A stretch of 64,000 bases of DNA from an uncultured virus (IMG/VR IMGVR_UViG_3300035130_000204). Its lineage: Duplodnaviria > Heunggongvirae > Uroviricota > Caudoviricetes. Every line of letters starts with the position of its first letter. Position 1 is the first letter of the stretch. The notes beneath the pieces are model-generated. The model was not told where the DNA came from. It was given only the letters and a program-made list of their open reading frames with translations, and did not search any database. Location: IMG/VR virus record IMGVR_UViG_3300035130_000204. One strand, given 5' to 3'. Of the stretch, positions 45,492 through 55,401 are shown piece by piece. The position numbers and the translations under genes were made by a program.

Positions 45492-47497
45492 CCAAAAGCC
45501 TCGTCGTCCTCCATTATCTCGATGCCCTTGTGGCCGCACGCCAGGCACCGATGTGACCGGCGCTCGCTGATGAAGTAGAGCTGGCGCTTGCAGTGGTCGC
45601 ACCAGTAGTCGACCTCGAACAGCTCGTCACCGTCTTCAAGACTTATAGGGTCAGGGACCTGCTCGTTGTTGCGCTTGTTCTCGGCGATGAGTCGGCTGGC
45701 CCCTGCTTTGGTGAGGTGGTCTGGGTGATGTGGGATAAGCCGGCCTCTCAGGTAGCGAAGCTGCTTGCGCGTGGCCATCTCACGAGACCGGACGATCCGA
45801 TCGACGATCATGGCCGTGATCATGTCCGAGGCTTCGGCTTTGGTTTTGGGGACGCGCTTGGCTTTGGCCAAGACCTGAAGCTGCTTTGCAGAAGGAGGGC
45901 GATCGTGCCACTTCGCGTCACGGTCGATGACGCGAGTCTCTCGCGCCATGTTGCCGTCCTTGGAGCGAGCCCGAAGTAGCTCGCGAACAGCATCCTCGGC
46001 GTGACCAAAGGCGAAGTCGAAGGGCATTGGCTCGCTGGTGAGCTTGTGCTCGATGTACTGGTCCGGCTTCGGTCTGACGTGCTCCTCGTCGTCGTGCCTC
46101 TGGTCGGGTTCTGCGTAGTGGTAGACGTGGAAGTTCTCGCCGCCGGCCTCGGATGCAGGACGAATGAGCAGGTAGCCGTGGCTTCCGCCGATGGATAGAC
46201 AGAAGCCGCTGTCTGCCTGGGCCCAGCGGAACCCTGCGCGGGGAGGAGGCTGTCGAGGGTCGACGTCCTTGGCTTCGCGGACTAGCGCTAGGACCGACTG
46301 AAACTCGTCGGGAACCTCGGTCTGTCCCTGCTCTCGAGGCTCGCCTTTCTTTTGGCCAGGCAGCGGCTCGAACCCGAAGAGGTGAGGCAGCTGGACGAGG
46401 TGGTGGCGCTTGGTGTTGTAGCCGAAATCGAGCACCAGGCAGTTCTGCTTGCCTGGTCCTGGTCTGACTCCGCGTCCCACCATCTGTATGAAGAGCGACT
46501 GGCTCAGCGTGGGCCTGGCGAGCATGATGCACTCCAGCGGGTCGGCCCACTGGTCCTCGAAGACCTTGACAGCTTCGTCGTCGAAGCCTTCGGTGAGGAC
46601 GCCAACATTCAGCATGACACGGAATTGGCCGCGCTTGAATCTCTCGAGAAGCTCGCGACGTTCGTTCTGGGGAGTTTTGGCGTGGACGTACTCGGCCGAA
46701 ACGCCTGAGCGGCGGAATGTGTCACGCATTTGCCTGGCGTGCTCGACGTCCACACAGAAGACCAGCGTGCGGCGAGGGTGAGCGTAGTCCTTCCAGGCGC
46801 CGACCATGACGTCCATGACGTTGTCCTGGATGAGGACCTTGCGAAGGTCGGAGGCCTTCAGCTCGCCGTGGCTGCGACGGACCTTGTCGAGGTTGATCTC
46901 CAGCTCGACACGCTTCATGGCTATGTCGGACAGATACCCGCCCTCGATGAGGTCAATCATCGACTTGTGGAAGGTCACCGTGTCGAAGACGTCGCCCAGC
47001 TTGGTGGCGTCTGAGCGCACCGGCGTGGCCGTCAGGCCGACGACGATGATGTCGGGGTTCGCCGCGGTGACCGCGTCGATGACTTTGCGGTAGGTCGGCG
47101 CTGCCGCATGGTGAGCCTCGTCGATGTAGAGCACGGCGTAGGGATGGCGCACGACATCCTCAAGACGGTGATCTCGGTGGATGGTCTGCACGGAGGCGAC
47201 GGTGATCTCCTGGCCAAGCTCGTTGTCGGAGGCCTTGACTCGGCCGATGGTCGCCTCGGGCCAGACGCGGCCGATCTTGTCGGCTGCCTGGCTGATCAGC
47301 TCGTCGCGGTGCGCCATGAACAGTGCTCCGCCAAGCTCCGTCTCCAGGATCTCCTTGATGTCAAAGGCGGCGACGATGGTCTTGCCGGCGCCGGTTGGCA
47401 GGGCGACGAGCTGGCGGCGTGCGCCGACAGCACGGCCCGAATCGAGGGCATCGAGCGCCGCGAGCTGGTAGTCTCGCGGCTTGATCTGCGTCGGCAT
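45488..47497 (-). CDS. DEAH-box SF2 helicase (YejH/Irc3-like)
   Basis: PRDYQ, LPTGAGKT, IDEAHH, GLTATP, LTEGFD, QMVGRGVR. Confidence 0.93.
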   Translation of the reverse strand: MPTQIKPRDYQLAALDALDSGRAVGARRQLVALPTGAGKTIVAAFDIKEILETELGGALFMAHRDELISQAADKIGRVWPEATIGRVKASDNELGQEITVASVQTIHRDHRLEDVVRHPYAVLYIDEAHHAAAPTYRKVIDAVTAANPDIIVVGLTATPVRSDATKLGDVFDTVTFHKSMIDLIEGGYLSDIAMKRVELEINLDKVRRSHGELKASDLRKVLIQDNVMDVMVGAWKDYAHPRRTLVFCVDVEHARQMRDTFRRSGVSAEYVHAKTPQNERRELLERFKRGQFRVMLNVGVLTEGFDDEAVKVFEDQWADPLECIMLARPTLSQSLFIQMVGRGVRPGPGKQNCLVLDFGYNTKRHHLVQLPHLFGFEPLPGQKKGEPREQGQTEVPDEFQSVLALVREAKDVDPRQPPPRAGFRWAQADSGFCLSIGGSHGYLLIRPASEAGGENFHVYHYAEPDQRHDDEEHVRPKPDQYIEHKLTSEPMPFDFAFGHAEDAVRELLRARSKDGNMARETRVIDRDAKWHDRPPSAKQLQVLAKAKRVPKTKAEASDMITAMIVDRIVRSREMATRKQLRYLRGRLIPHHPDHLTKAGASRLIAENKRNNEQVPDPISLEDGDELFEVDYWCDHCKRQLYFISERRSHRCLACGHKGIEIMEDDEAFG

Positions 47498-47505
47498 GGT
47501 GGACC

Positions 47506-48072
47506 TCAGGGTTTGGTCATCTCGAGGGCGAGCTGACCGATCAGCTCGAGCACCTCGAGATGGCTGGACTTGACGCGGTAGGTGTCGCCCGCGATCAGAG
47601 CGAAGCCAGGTTGTACGTGCTCGATCTCGAACCCGTCCTGTCCGAATGCTGCTGCGACTTCGCCCAGCGTGACCTTGTGCCACGGCTTCTCCTTTTTCGG
47701 CTGCGCTGCTTCGGCCACTAGGGCCTGCGGCGCGTTGACGGTTGCGATGTAGACGGCGGCGTTGCGACCGCTGCGGGTCGGGCGTCGCCGCCCTGAGTCG
47801 ATGATGCGTCCCTCGCTGACAAGCTCTCGAATGCGGGGGCTGATGGTCTGGTGGCGACCCTCCATGATGACTTCCACCTCGTCGCAGGTCACGCCCACCT
47901 CGCCAGCGGAGAGGACGTGGACGTAGCAGGCGGCGCGCAGGTGCTTGGCGTCGTGCTTGACGCTCTCGGCTGCTGCTTCGGAGGTGTCGGAGCCTTTGAC
48001 GGACGGTGGCTTGCCGCCGTAGTGCTCCACGTCGCTTGTCGCGAAAAGGTCGCGTTGGTCTTTCGAATTCAT
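47506..48072 (-). CDS. Phage winged-helix DNA-binding protein
   Basis: GVTCDEVE...HQTISPRIREL...GRIIDSGRRRPTRSGRNAAVY. Confidence 0.7.
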   Translation of the reverse strand: MNSKDQRDLFATSDVEHYGGKPPSVKGSDTSEAAAESVKHDAKHLRAACYVHVLSAGEVGVTCDEVEVIMEGRHQTISPRIRELVSEGRIIDSGRRRPTRSGRNAAVYIATVNAPQALVAEAAQPKKEKPWHKVTLGEVAAAFGQDGFEIEHVQPGFALIAGDTYRVKSSHLEVLELIGQLALEMTKP

Positions 48073-48100
48073 TTTGTACTCTTCCTGGGTGAAAGGGCGA

Positions 48101-49417
48101 TCACTCGAAGTCATCGGGCTCGGCAATCTGCATAATCGGCCCAGAGGGGACCGTCTCGACAGCCTCGACGGGCTCGTCGCAGGCGCGGACCGTGGCATCG
48201 CCTGAGGCTACAATTGCGGCCTCCTTGCGCTTCTTTGGCCGACGGTTGTTGCGTAGCTTGCGAGCCGTGGTCGAATATTGACGATGGATCGAAGCAACGT
48301 CGGCTGTGTTGAGTGCTTCGATGTTGTGCTTGATGTCGGAGCCGACGTCGCCTGCGAGGCCAGAGCCTGTCGGCAGGTGCTTTTCGAGATTGGCAGGCGC
48401 GAGCAGGCCACCGGGCGCTGAGGTGTCCTCGTCACTTACCCAAGTCATGCAGTCTTTGACGGCAAGCTCGGCCCACCACGTTCGTGTGCTGAGGGATGGC
48501 CTTGCGTCGTTGTGCTGCAAGAGTTTGCAGCAGCTCTGGATGTTGTTGGCGAAAACCTGACGCTGAAGGATCAGGCTGGCGACCGAGATAGCATGCTTGC
48601 GTTGCCCCTGATTGCTCATGTCGAGCGGGCTGGCGAGCCCCTCGTCCTGGTAGTCCAGTGCGTCCATGTCAGTGCCGGTACCGACAAAGAAATACTCAGG
48701 AATATCCGAATGCTCGTAAGCAAGCTTGTACCAGGCGGGGAGGTCTTCGAGCAGGATGAGCGCGTTGGCGATGATCACGCACTGGCCCGGGGTAAGCCCT
48801 GTTTCGAGCTTCCAGTCTAGCGGGAGCTGCTTGTACATGGATTGCATGGCGGGGTCAGTCCATGTTGGCAGGTGCATGCCGTCCAGCTCGGGCAGCGGCA
48901 GCTTTGGCAGCTGCAGCTCGCTGTCCTTCTCGGAGTCCAGCTCGCCGTATGGGTCCAACTCGGCTTCGGTGACGCCATCGTATTGCTCGTAGTACGCGGC
49001 GTCCTCTTCTTCTTCCAGATCCTGCTCGGCCATCTTGTCACCGATGGCTTGTAGGATGGCTCTGGAAATCTCTGGCGAGCAGAGGCGCATCTTCCCAGAG
49101 TCGACGTTCTTGGCGGAAGCGAAGCTGACGGTTTCGTCGCCGAAGTTGAAGACGAATTTGTAGGACGGCGTCACGTGTGCTGCGACAGGCTCTTTGTAGA
49201 GGTAGTAAATGCCGTTATCCGTTGGTTCTCGCTCAAGGTGCCCCGCCATGATGATCTTGCGGAAGCAGTTGGCGGTCGAAGCGGCGTTGTCGGCGCCAGG
49301 GTGATCGATCGTTTGACCGTGGTGGTAAGTGGTCTTTGAGATGTTGGAAATTGTCGAGTTGCTTTCCCCCATTGCTTCGCTGATGGCGTCGAGTGGCCAC
49401 ATATCTTTCTTCGTCAT
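48101..49417 (-). CDS. Hypothetical protein
   Basis: 438 aa; GGAGG RBS. Confidence 0.7.
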   Translation of the reverse strand: MTKKDMWPLDAISEAMGESNSTISNISKTTYHHGQTIDHPGADNAASTANCFRKIIMAGHLEREPTDNGIYYLYKEPVAAHVTPSYKFVFNFGDETVSFASAKNVDSGKMRLCSPEISRAILQAIGDKMAEQDLEEEEDAAYYEQYDGVTEAELDPYGELDSEKDSELQLPKLPLPELDGMHLPTWTDPAMQSMYKQLPLDWKLETGLTPGQCVIIANALILLEDLPAWYKLAYEHSDIPEYFFVGTGTDMDALDYQDEGLASPLDMSNQGQRKHAISVASLILQRQVFANNIQSCCKLLQHNDARPSLSTRTWWAELAVKDCMTWVSDEDTSAPGGLLAPANLEKHLPTGSGLAGDVGSDIKHNIEALNTADVASIHRQYSTTARKLRNNRRPKKRKEAAIVASGDATVRACDEPVEAVETVPSGPIMQIAEPDDFE

Positions 49418-49419
49418 GG

Positions 49420-50676
49420 CTAACCTCCATCTTCGTGGAGGGCCTGTACGAAGTCGGAAAGCGCTCGCTGGAGCACCTGGGCGGCTTTGATGAGCTGCGT
49501 GCGCTCGGGGGGGCGCTTGCCGTTCGTCTTGGACTTGGGAGTGAAGCTGGTCTGTGCTCGGGTGCCTGGCTCTACGAAGTCATCGTCCTCAGGATCATCT
49601 TCATCCAGCATGTCGTGGAGGACGTCGGCCTCTTCGTCGCCTTCGGCGTCGACTACGCGGCCATAGGCGCGCTCACGCACTTCCTCGGCCTCGTCCTCAC
49701 CAAGGTCGGCTTCGTCCAGGATCGCGGCCGGTATGTCGACTTCCTCGAGCCCCTTGACCAGCCGCAGCAGGTCGAGGTTGAGGTCGCTCCACACGCCGTT
49801 GTGCCCGCTGCCCAACGCGGCGTAGAAGGCTTGCTTGACCGTGTAGACGTTGCGCTCGCCGCGTCGCTCCTTGCAGCTGTTGAAGCGTTCGAAGGCCTGC
49901 TCGGTTGAGTATGCTCGGCGCTTGTCGGCCTTGGCGACAGGGAGCTTGCTCTGGCTGATGATCGCCTTGTTCGCGGAGTCCTTGCGGAAAATTGTCCAGG
50001 CGGACATCTTGCTCGTCCAAGGCACGTCGTCGAGCGCATCGCGCCTGCCAAGGATAGGCTCGGCGAACTCCTCCTCTTGAGGTTCGACAGGAAGCTCGTC
50101 GGGAACATCCTCGTCCATGACGACCCAGACCTCGTGACCGCAGCGTCCGCACAGACGCTCGGCGTCTTCCAGGACGTGCATGGCGCAGTTGTCCGGATCG
50201 GAGACCGCGGCGATCAGGTCGTGCTGGTAGGGCGTGAATGGCGACCCCCACCAGGGGACCTCGCCAGCGTGGATGCGCTCGGTGGTCACTGGCTCCAGGT
50301 CGCCGCCCTGCATGACGCAACAGCAGCGCCCCCAGGGGTGAATCCACATATTTTCGTTACGGATCGAACGGACGTTGGACCCTGCGATGCGATCAGGCGG
50401 AGCCATGGGGGCGTCTTCTGGTACTTCCACCAGCTGCAGCTCGTCACGGTCGGATTCGAGAACGCAGCCCATGGCGGTTTCGATGTCCTGGATCTGGCAC
50501 ATGCTCTGGTGGTCGTCGGCGTCCATCGAGACGGGATAGATCACGCCGCGGTCCTTGCCTCGCTCGGAGCGGCAGATCATGACCACGTCGTCAGAGTCCT
50601 CAGGACTAGGGATGACCAGCTCGACGCGACCCATCTCAGGACCTAGGGGATGGCGGTACAGCTCGATCTGGCTCAT
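49420..50676 (-). CDS. Acidic hypothetical protein
   Basis: Start MSQIELY after GGAG; CGRC. Confidence 0.7.
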   Translation of the reverse strand: MSQIELYRHPLGPEMGRVELVIPSPEDSDDVVMICRSERGKDRGVIYPVSMDADDHQSMCQIQDIETAMGCVLESDRDELQLVEVPEDAPMAPPDRIAGSNVRSIRNENMWIHPWGRCCCVMQGGDLEPVTTERIHAGEVPWWGSPFTPYQHDLIAAVSDPDNCAMHVLEDAERLCGRCGHEVWVVMDEDVPDELPVEPQEEEFAEPILGRRDALDDVPWTSKMSAWTIFRKDSANKAIISQSKLPVAKADKRRAYSTEQAFERFNSCKERRGERNVYTVKQAFYAALGSGHNGVWSDLNLDLLRLVKGLEEVDIPAAILDEADLGEDEAEEVRERAYGRVVDAEGDEEADVLHDMLDEDDPEDDDFVEPGTRAQTSFTPKSKTNGKRPPERTQLIKAAQVLQRALSDFVQALHEDGG

Positions 50677-50960
50677 GAGATACTCTCCGTGTTTCCGTGT
50701 TCTCGGCGCCATTGCCGAAGCCACTGCTCTACCTCTTCGTTGCAGCGATAGGTCTCCGCGGCGTTGTGGTCGAGGACCACGTTGCCAGATTCGTCCGTCA
50801 CGACGAGACGGTTACCCGCGCGCCCCTTGCCCGGCCATCGCAGGCGCGTCCCGGGGATCTTTCGGTCAGTGTCGCAGTAGCCCCGCACGATTTTCGCTGC
50901 GAGGCCGGGGTAGTTTTCGTTGATGTCCTTCGCGATGGTCTTCAGGCGTCGTCGTACCAT
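50673..50960 (-). CDS. Hypothetical protein
   Basis: GGAGGG before ATG 50960. Confidence 0.6.
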   Translation of the reverse strand: MVRRRLKTIAKDINENYPGLAAKIVRGYCDTDRKIPGTRLRWPGKGRAGNRLVVTDESGNVVLDHNAAETYRCNEEVEQWLRQWRREHGNTESIS

Positions 50961-51079
50961 GATTCCCTCCAGCCGCACCTCGGGCACTCGTACCACTTGT
51001 CAGGCTGCCACTCGCCCATCGTTAGGACCAAGGCGCTGCCGCATGCTGGGCACGAGGTCATCGGGGTCGAGTTCGACAT
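50942..51079 (-). CDS. Zinc-ribbon microprotein
   Basis: CPACG...WYECPRCGWRE; start uncertain. Confidence 0.5.
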   Translation of the reverse strand: MSNSTPMTSCPACGSALVLTMGEWQPDKWYECPRCGWRESWYDDA

Positions 51080-51114
51080 GGAGCCGTGCAAGGCGCGAGC
51101 GAGACCCTCTGCGG

Positions 51115-51930
51115 TTACTCGCATGGCGTCTTCACCTGATGCCGGCGGTCGTGCATGCGCAGACCGCGGTGAATGCTGCTGATGCGTTCCGCCATGGATT
51201 TGATGGTGTCCTGTATGGCGCTCGCTCTGCCCAGCTGCTCGTTGTAATACGCGAAGGCGTCCGATGGCCACTGGGGATGGATGTTGCCGTCCTCGTCGGC
51301 GATGGCGTCCATCTCGTCTGCCACCATGGCGCTCATCTCGCCGAGGGCCTCGCAGGCGCAGGCCAGGTTCTCCGTAACCTCGATGGCCTGCGTGTAAGCC
51401 TCCATGAGGTGAGCAAGTGCCTGCCGGTGGCTATTGCGGAAGGCGACGTCCTGCCGTGCGAAGCGCCCTGTCAGGCCTCGGGGCGGCCCGTTCTGCTCGG
51501 CCTCTGCGGTGCCTTCTGCGCCGATCATGAGGCAGTCGCCGTCGCAGCTTGGGCATTGACAGATGACGCCTTCAGCCTCGGAAGTGACGTCGCTGGCGGT
51601 CAGGTAGTAGATGTCCCACCAGAACCACGTCTCGCCGCATTGCTCGCAGATGACGTCCATCTCCACGAAGACGGGGCCAGAGCAGTGAGGGCAGGAGCCC
51701 AGGCGTACGCCGTCCTCGATGAAGTTGCGAGGGTCCTTCGACTCCTCGGTGCGGTAGGAGACGTCGCACGGGGCGACGCGACGTCGGCACTCGCGGCAGC
51801 GGCCGACCTTGACGAACCCGTCCTCGAAGAGCGCCTGGTGCCCCTCGCCGATCTTGGATTCGTCGGTGCGGCAGTCGTCGGCCATGCACTCGTGCTGGCT
51901 CGGATGCTTGTCGTTGGAGGTAGCAGACAT
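51115..51930 (-). CDS. Multi-zinc-ribbon protein with helical C-terminus
   Basis: CREC, CPHC, CEQC, CPSC. Confidence 0.7.
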   Translation of the reverse strand: MSATSNDKHPSQHECMADDCRTDESKIGEGHQALFEDGFVKVGRCRECRRRVAPCDVSYRTEESKDPRNFIEDGVRLGSCPHCSGPVFVEMDVICEQCGETWFWWDIYYLTASDVTSEAEGVICQCPSCDGDCLMIGAEGTAEAEQNGPPRGLTGRFARQDVAFRNSHRQALAHLMEAYTQAIEVTENLACACEALGEMSAMVADEMDAIADEDGNIHPQWPSDAFAYYNEQLGRASAIQDTIKSMAERISSIHRGLRMHDRRHQVKTPCE

Positions 51931-51978
51931 GTTGTCCCTCCTGTTTTACGTCCTGAGGACGGAAATAGGACGAGGCCT

Positions 51979-52016
51979 GCAGGTGAGGCCAACCGTTGGA
52001 AGTCGGCCTCACCTGC
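51979..52016 (-). other. Intergenic hairpin
   Basis: GCAGGTGAGGCCAAC / GTCGGCCTCACCTGC; the single mismatch is G-U on the minus strand. Confidence 0.6.
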
Positions 52017-52041
52017 CCCGTCCTCGTCGCATGGGTGACCT

Positions 52042-52908
52042 CTAGTCGAGGTCGCTCAGGAACTTGATCATGCCGTCGACTTCCTCATCGGAGATGTCGC
52101 CGATGGCCCACTGGATTCCGTGCAGGAAATCCTCGCTGACGAAGTCGGCAACGCCTTCGACGTGGGCGTTGACGACCTTGCGGGCCACCCGCTTGCCAGG
52201 AGCGAGCGACGGCTTTGTGCCCTTGGCGGCGGCGCGAGCGGCCTTCTTGCCGCTGGGCCTCTTGCCGTTCGAGCTGGCGAGAAGCTCCTTGAGCTTTTCT
52301 GTCTGCTCGGACTTGTCGAGCTTGTGGAGCTGCAGCGCCGTGGAAGGCGCGATCTTCTCTTCGTCGACCGCCTTGAGCACGGGCGCGGACAGGTCCAGGA
52401 GCTTCTGCCAGTTGGAGACGGTCTGGGCCGAGACGCCGATGTAGTCGGCGACCTCGGGCACAGACATACCACGGTCGATCAGGCGCTGCGCCTTGCGCGC
52501 CTTGGTCGACATGGAGTCCTCCTGGGTGAAGCTGTTGGTCGACAGTGACAGGCCCATCAGGGCGTCCTCGCTGCCTCGCTGCGGGATCACCTTGATGCGC
52601 AGCTCGGGCTCGCCTTGTTCCTTGAGGATCTTATTCGCCTGGCGAGCGCCGCGGACACGCTGACGTCCGTCAACCACTACGGCACGGTCAACCCCGTCGA
52701 CCTGCAGCTTGGTGCAGGTGACGGCCTTGATGACGCCGACCTTCGAGATGTTCTGGACGAAGCTGCCCGGCACGGGCAGCTTGATGCGCTCATCCCACAG
52801 GAAGTGCTCAGGGCCGTCCTTGGTGTCCAGCCCGATGATGACCACGTCCTCGGGGGCCATGTAGTAACCGTCGAAACGCTTTCCGTCCTTGAAGAAGCTC
52901 GTACCCAT
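52042..52908 (-). CDS. ParB-like protein (ParB N domain plus HTH)
   Basis: VVVDGRQRVRGA; GMSVPEVADYIGVSAQTVSNW. Confidence 0.85.
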   Translation of the reverse strand: MGTSFFKDGKRFDGYYMAPEDVVIIGLDTKDGPEHFLWDERIKLPVPGSFVQNISKVGVIKAVTCTKLQVDGVDRAVVVDGRQRVRGARQANKILKEQGEPELRIKVIPQRGSEDALMGLSLSTNSFTQEDSMSTKARKAQRLIDRGMSVPEVADYIGVSAQTVSNWQKLLDLSAPVLKAVDEEKIAPSTALQLHKLDKSEQTEKLKELLASSNGKRPSGKKAARAAAKGTKPSLAPGKRVARKVVNAHVEGVADFVSEDFLHGIQWAIGDISDEEVDGMIKFLSDLD

Positions 52909-52932
52909 GATGTCCCTCTTTCTGCGTCCTCC

Positions 52933-54147
52933 TCAGGACGCCTTGTTCTTGCCCCTCCGCTTTCGTGGCCTCAGGGCGGTGGTTGCAGTCCGCTCCGCGA
53001 CGTTCTCTAGCGCCGCGCGGACCAATGTTGTGGTTTCGATGCCCCGCTCTTTTCCATAGCGCTGGAGCAGGGCGTTGAGCTTACGGGTCGAGACGTCGCA
53101 GACCTCGCTGACTACGTCGTCGAAGGGCAGGTCGGTGCCCTCGGATATGATCCTGAGGGACTCGGCTGTCGGGTAGCTGACTCCGCGTCGACGAGACAGG
53201 CTGTAGAGCGTCTCGCCCATCTCGGCGCGCCCGCCGCTCGCTTCGAGAAAACTCTTGATTGCGGCGGTCAGCTCCTTCTTCCGACTCTCGAGAATTCTCA
53301 GGATACCGTTGATGTCCTCGCGCTCGCGGGAGACGGCGTCGAGGTCTTCCAGGCTCTCGGCGATGATCTTTCGCTCGCCTGTCAAGGCGCGTGCGTACTC
53401 AGGACATTGGTCTTGTCCTGGGCAGTATGGGCATCCGACGTTGAGCTGCGGACGCCATGTCGTGTCGGCCTCCATCTGGTGAGCCGTCACTAGGATGTAC
53501 TCGCGCCACTCGTCCAGCTCCAAGGCTGTGTGGGTAATCAGGAGTGGCTCGCCAGTGCGGAGCATCCAGTAACCGGAACGAATGTGCGTCGCCGTAGGCT
53601 CGATCTCGTGTTGGGCCGTTATGGCGTAGCTGGCGATCTGGACCGAATCCCGGACGTCGGTGGTCGTCAGAAACTGCCGCGTGCTCTTGTAGTCGAACAC
53701 CGTCAGATTGACGAAAAGCTCGCCCGTATCCTCGTCCATCTCCTCAGTACGGTCGACCCTGTCGATGCGCTCACGAAGCATGACCTTGTCGTCAATGACC
53801 AGCTCGAAGGGGTGCTCCAGCGCGAAAAGCTGCGCTGGGTCGACAGGCCCTTGCTTTTCGCACAGCGTCTGGACCATGGACCAGCCATCGGTGAAAAGCT
53901 CTTTGCCCTTGGCGCCGTGCCGCTGCCACTCCTCGTTGTAGAGATTCTCGGCCAGGGCAGCGTCGAAGTGCCTGGGCTTGTCGAGCGCAAGGTGCGCGCG
54001 TGCCACGCGTTCCAGCACGTCGTGGACGATGCGCCCCAGAAGCGCCGAGGGGTTGGTCGGCGACCGCAGCTTCAGGTGTCGCGTGAAGTGATGGAGTAGT
54101 GGGCAGCGGTCGTACTCTTCAAGTGCGGTTGGCGACGTAATGATCAT
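52933..54147 (-). CDS. PD-(D/E)XK (RecB/Cas4-like) exonuclease
   Basis: SPTALEEYDRCP, LGRIVHDVLE, IDRVD, DYKS, QIASY, CPYCPGQDQCP. Confidence 0.88.
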   Translation of the reverse strand: MIITSPTALEEYDRCPLLHHFTRHLKLRSPTNPSALLGRIVHDVLERVARAHLALDKPRHFDAALAENLYNEEWQRHGAKGKELFTDGWSMVQTLCEKQGPVDPAQLFALEHPFELVIDDKVMLRERIDRVDRTEEMDEDTGELFVNLTVFDYKSTRQFLTTTDVRDSVQIASYAITAQHEIEPTATHIRSGYWMLRTGEPLLITHTALELDEWREYILVTAHQMEADTTWRPQLNVGCPYCPGQDQCPEYARALTGERKIIAESLEDLDAVSREREDINGILRILESRKKELTAAIKSFLEASGGRAEMGETLYSLSRRRGVSYPTAESLRIISEGTDLPFDDVVSEVCDVSTRKLNALLQRYGKERGIETTTLVRAALENVAERTATTALRPRKRRGKNKAS

Positions 54148-54155
54148 GATGGCCT

Positions 54156-54803
54156 CTAGCTGGCACGGTGTTGCACGATGAGCGCTGCTACCAGTATGGC
54201 AGTTGTGGTGACCGCCAAAATGACAGAGCATGTGACGCTCGCATAGTAGCGGTGTACGGATTCGTCGGAGTGGGCAAAATGGTCAAAGGCGTAGTAGTAC
54301 GCGAGGCCGGTAAGGACGCTGGCAGTAACAGTGAGCGGGACGAGAACCGACAACGAGTAGGTGCCCCATACGGGGAATGTGCGACGAGTGGCGGGTTCGA
54401 CCATGAGTATTCGTAGCAGCTGCGGATTATCAGATGGAGGTGCGGAGGTGCTACGAGGTCGGTCGCTGCTAGCTAGTAGCCGGATGGTGCTGTACCGCTC
54501 GCGGGCTCGTGCGAGCGCGGAGCCCTCGCCGCCGCTGTAGATGTAGCTGTGGTAATAGTCGGCGGCCTCGCGAAAGTGGTCAGCCATGTCATAGCAAACG
54601 GCGATGTTGTACAGGCGGGTGTTGTAAGGCATCAGGTCTTGCGCTTCGAGGAGAAGATCGACGGCAGCCAGGTACTCATGGGCCTGGAAAGCCTCGCCTG
54701 CTGCCTGGTCCAGTGCGACGACGCGCTCGAAGTCGGTCGTCTCCTCTGCTGCGGCGGGGAGAGCCACGCAGCAAAGGGCGATCGTCATCGCTGCCCGGCA
54801 CAT
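54156..54803 (-). CDS. Exported TPR-like membrane protein
   Basis: Signal peptide; TPR-like LYNIAVCYD...EAADYYHSY; two C-terminal hydrophobic helices. Confidence 0.7.
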   Translation of the reverse strand: MCRAAMTIALCCVALPAAAEETTDFERVVALDQAAGEAFQAHEYLAAVDLLLEAQDLMPYNTRLYNIAVCYDMADHFREAADYYHSYIYSGGEGSALARARERYSTIRLLASSDRPRSTSAPPSDNPQLLRILMVEPATRRTFPVWGTYSLSVLVPLTVTASVLTGLAYYYAFDHFAHSDESVHRYYASVTCSVILAVTTTAILVAALIVQHRAS

Positions 54804-55186
54804 CAGTTCCAGCCCTTGGGCATCGGCTGCGTCGGCGACGGGGTGTCGACGGCGCCCATGCCGGAGAGGGTGTTTATACTCAGGATGTTGTAGGCGCGGT
54901 GCGCTTCGTCGCTGAGCTTCTCCATTAGCTCGGCCGTCGTAACGTATCCGCCGAAAATGCCAATGGCGCCAGCGGCGATAAGCGGTGCCGCGCCCTCGGG
55001 GTCGCCGAGGGTCAGTTCGGTTAGCTCGGATCGCTGTTCTGCCATGTTCCGCTTGGCAGCCTCCATGGTCGCTGCGATCATCTCGCAGACTGGGCACTCG
55101 CAGCCTTCAAGGTTGGCGATCGTCTTGTCGATCTGAGCTTCGGCGATCTCGGCCAACCTGATGGCCTCTTCGTACATCGAACTCAT
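54803..55186 (-). CDS. Hypothetical protein
   Basis: AGGAGGGACA RBS; CECPVC. Confidence 0.65.
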   Translation of the reverse strand: MSSMYEEAIRLAEIAEAQIDKTIANLEGCECPVCEMIAATMEAAKRNMAEQRSELTELTLGDPEGAAPLIAAGAIGIFGGYVTTAELMEKLSDEAHRAYNILSINTLSGMGAVDTPSPTQPMPKGWN

Positions 55187-55401
55187 TTTCTGTCCCTCCT
55201 CAGGCGTTGTGGTGACGCCCACGAGTCGACGCCCCCGGGCATGGAGGAACCCGGAGGGACAGTCTAGGCACGCCGCCGCCGGGGGCGCCGACTCGTGAAC
55301 ATCAGCGGAAATTGTTTGCCTCGTCCCCCCGGCGACGGCTTGCACGCTGGAGCCGCCGCCGGGGGGTGTGCCAAGGTGGAGGAGCGCGAGCACCGGATTA
55401 T

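Noticed and set aside
52933..54147. cas4 of a CRISPR-Cas locus
   Set aside because: No other cas genes or array; fits a phage RecB-like exonuclease
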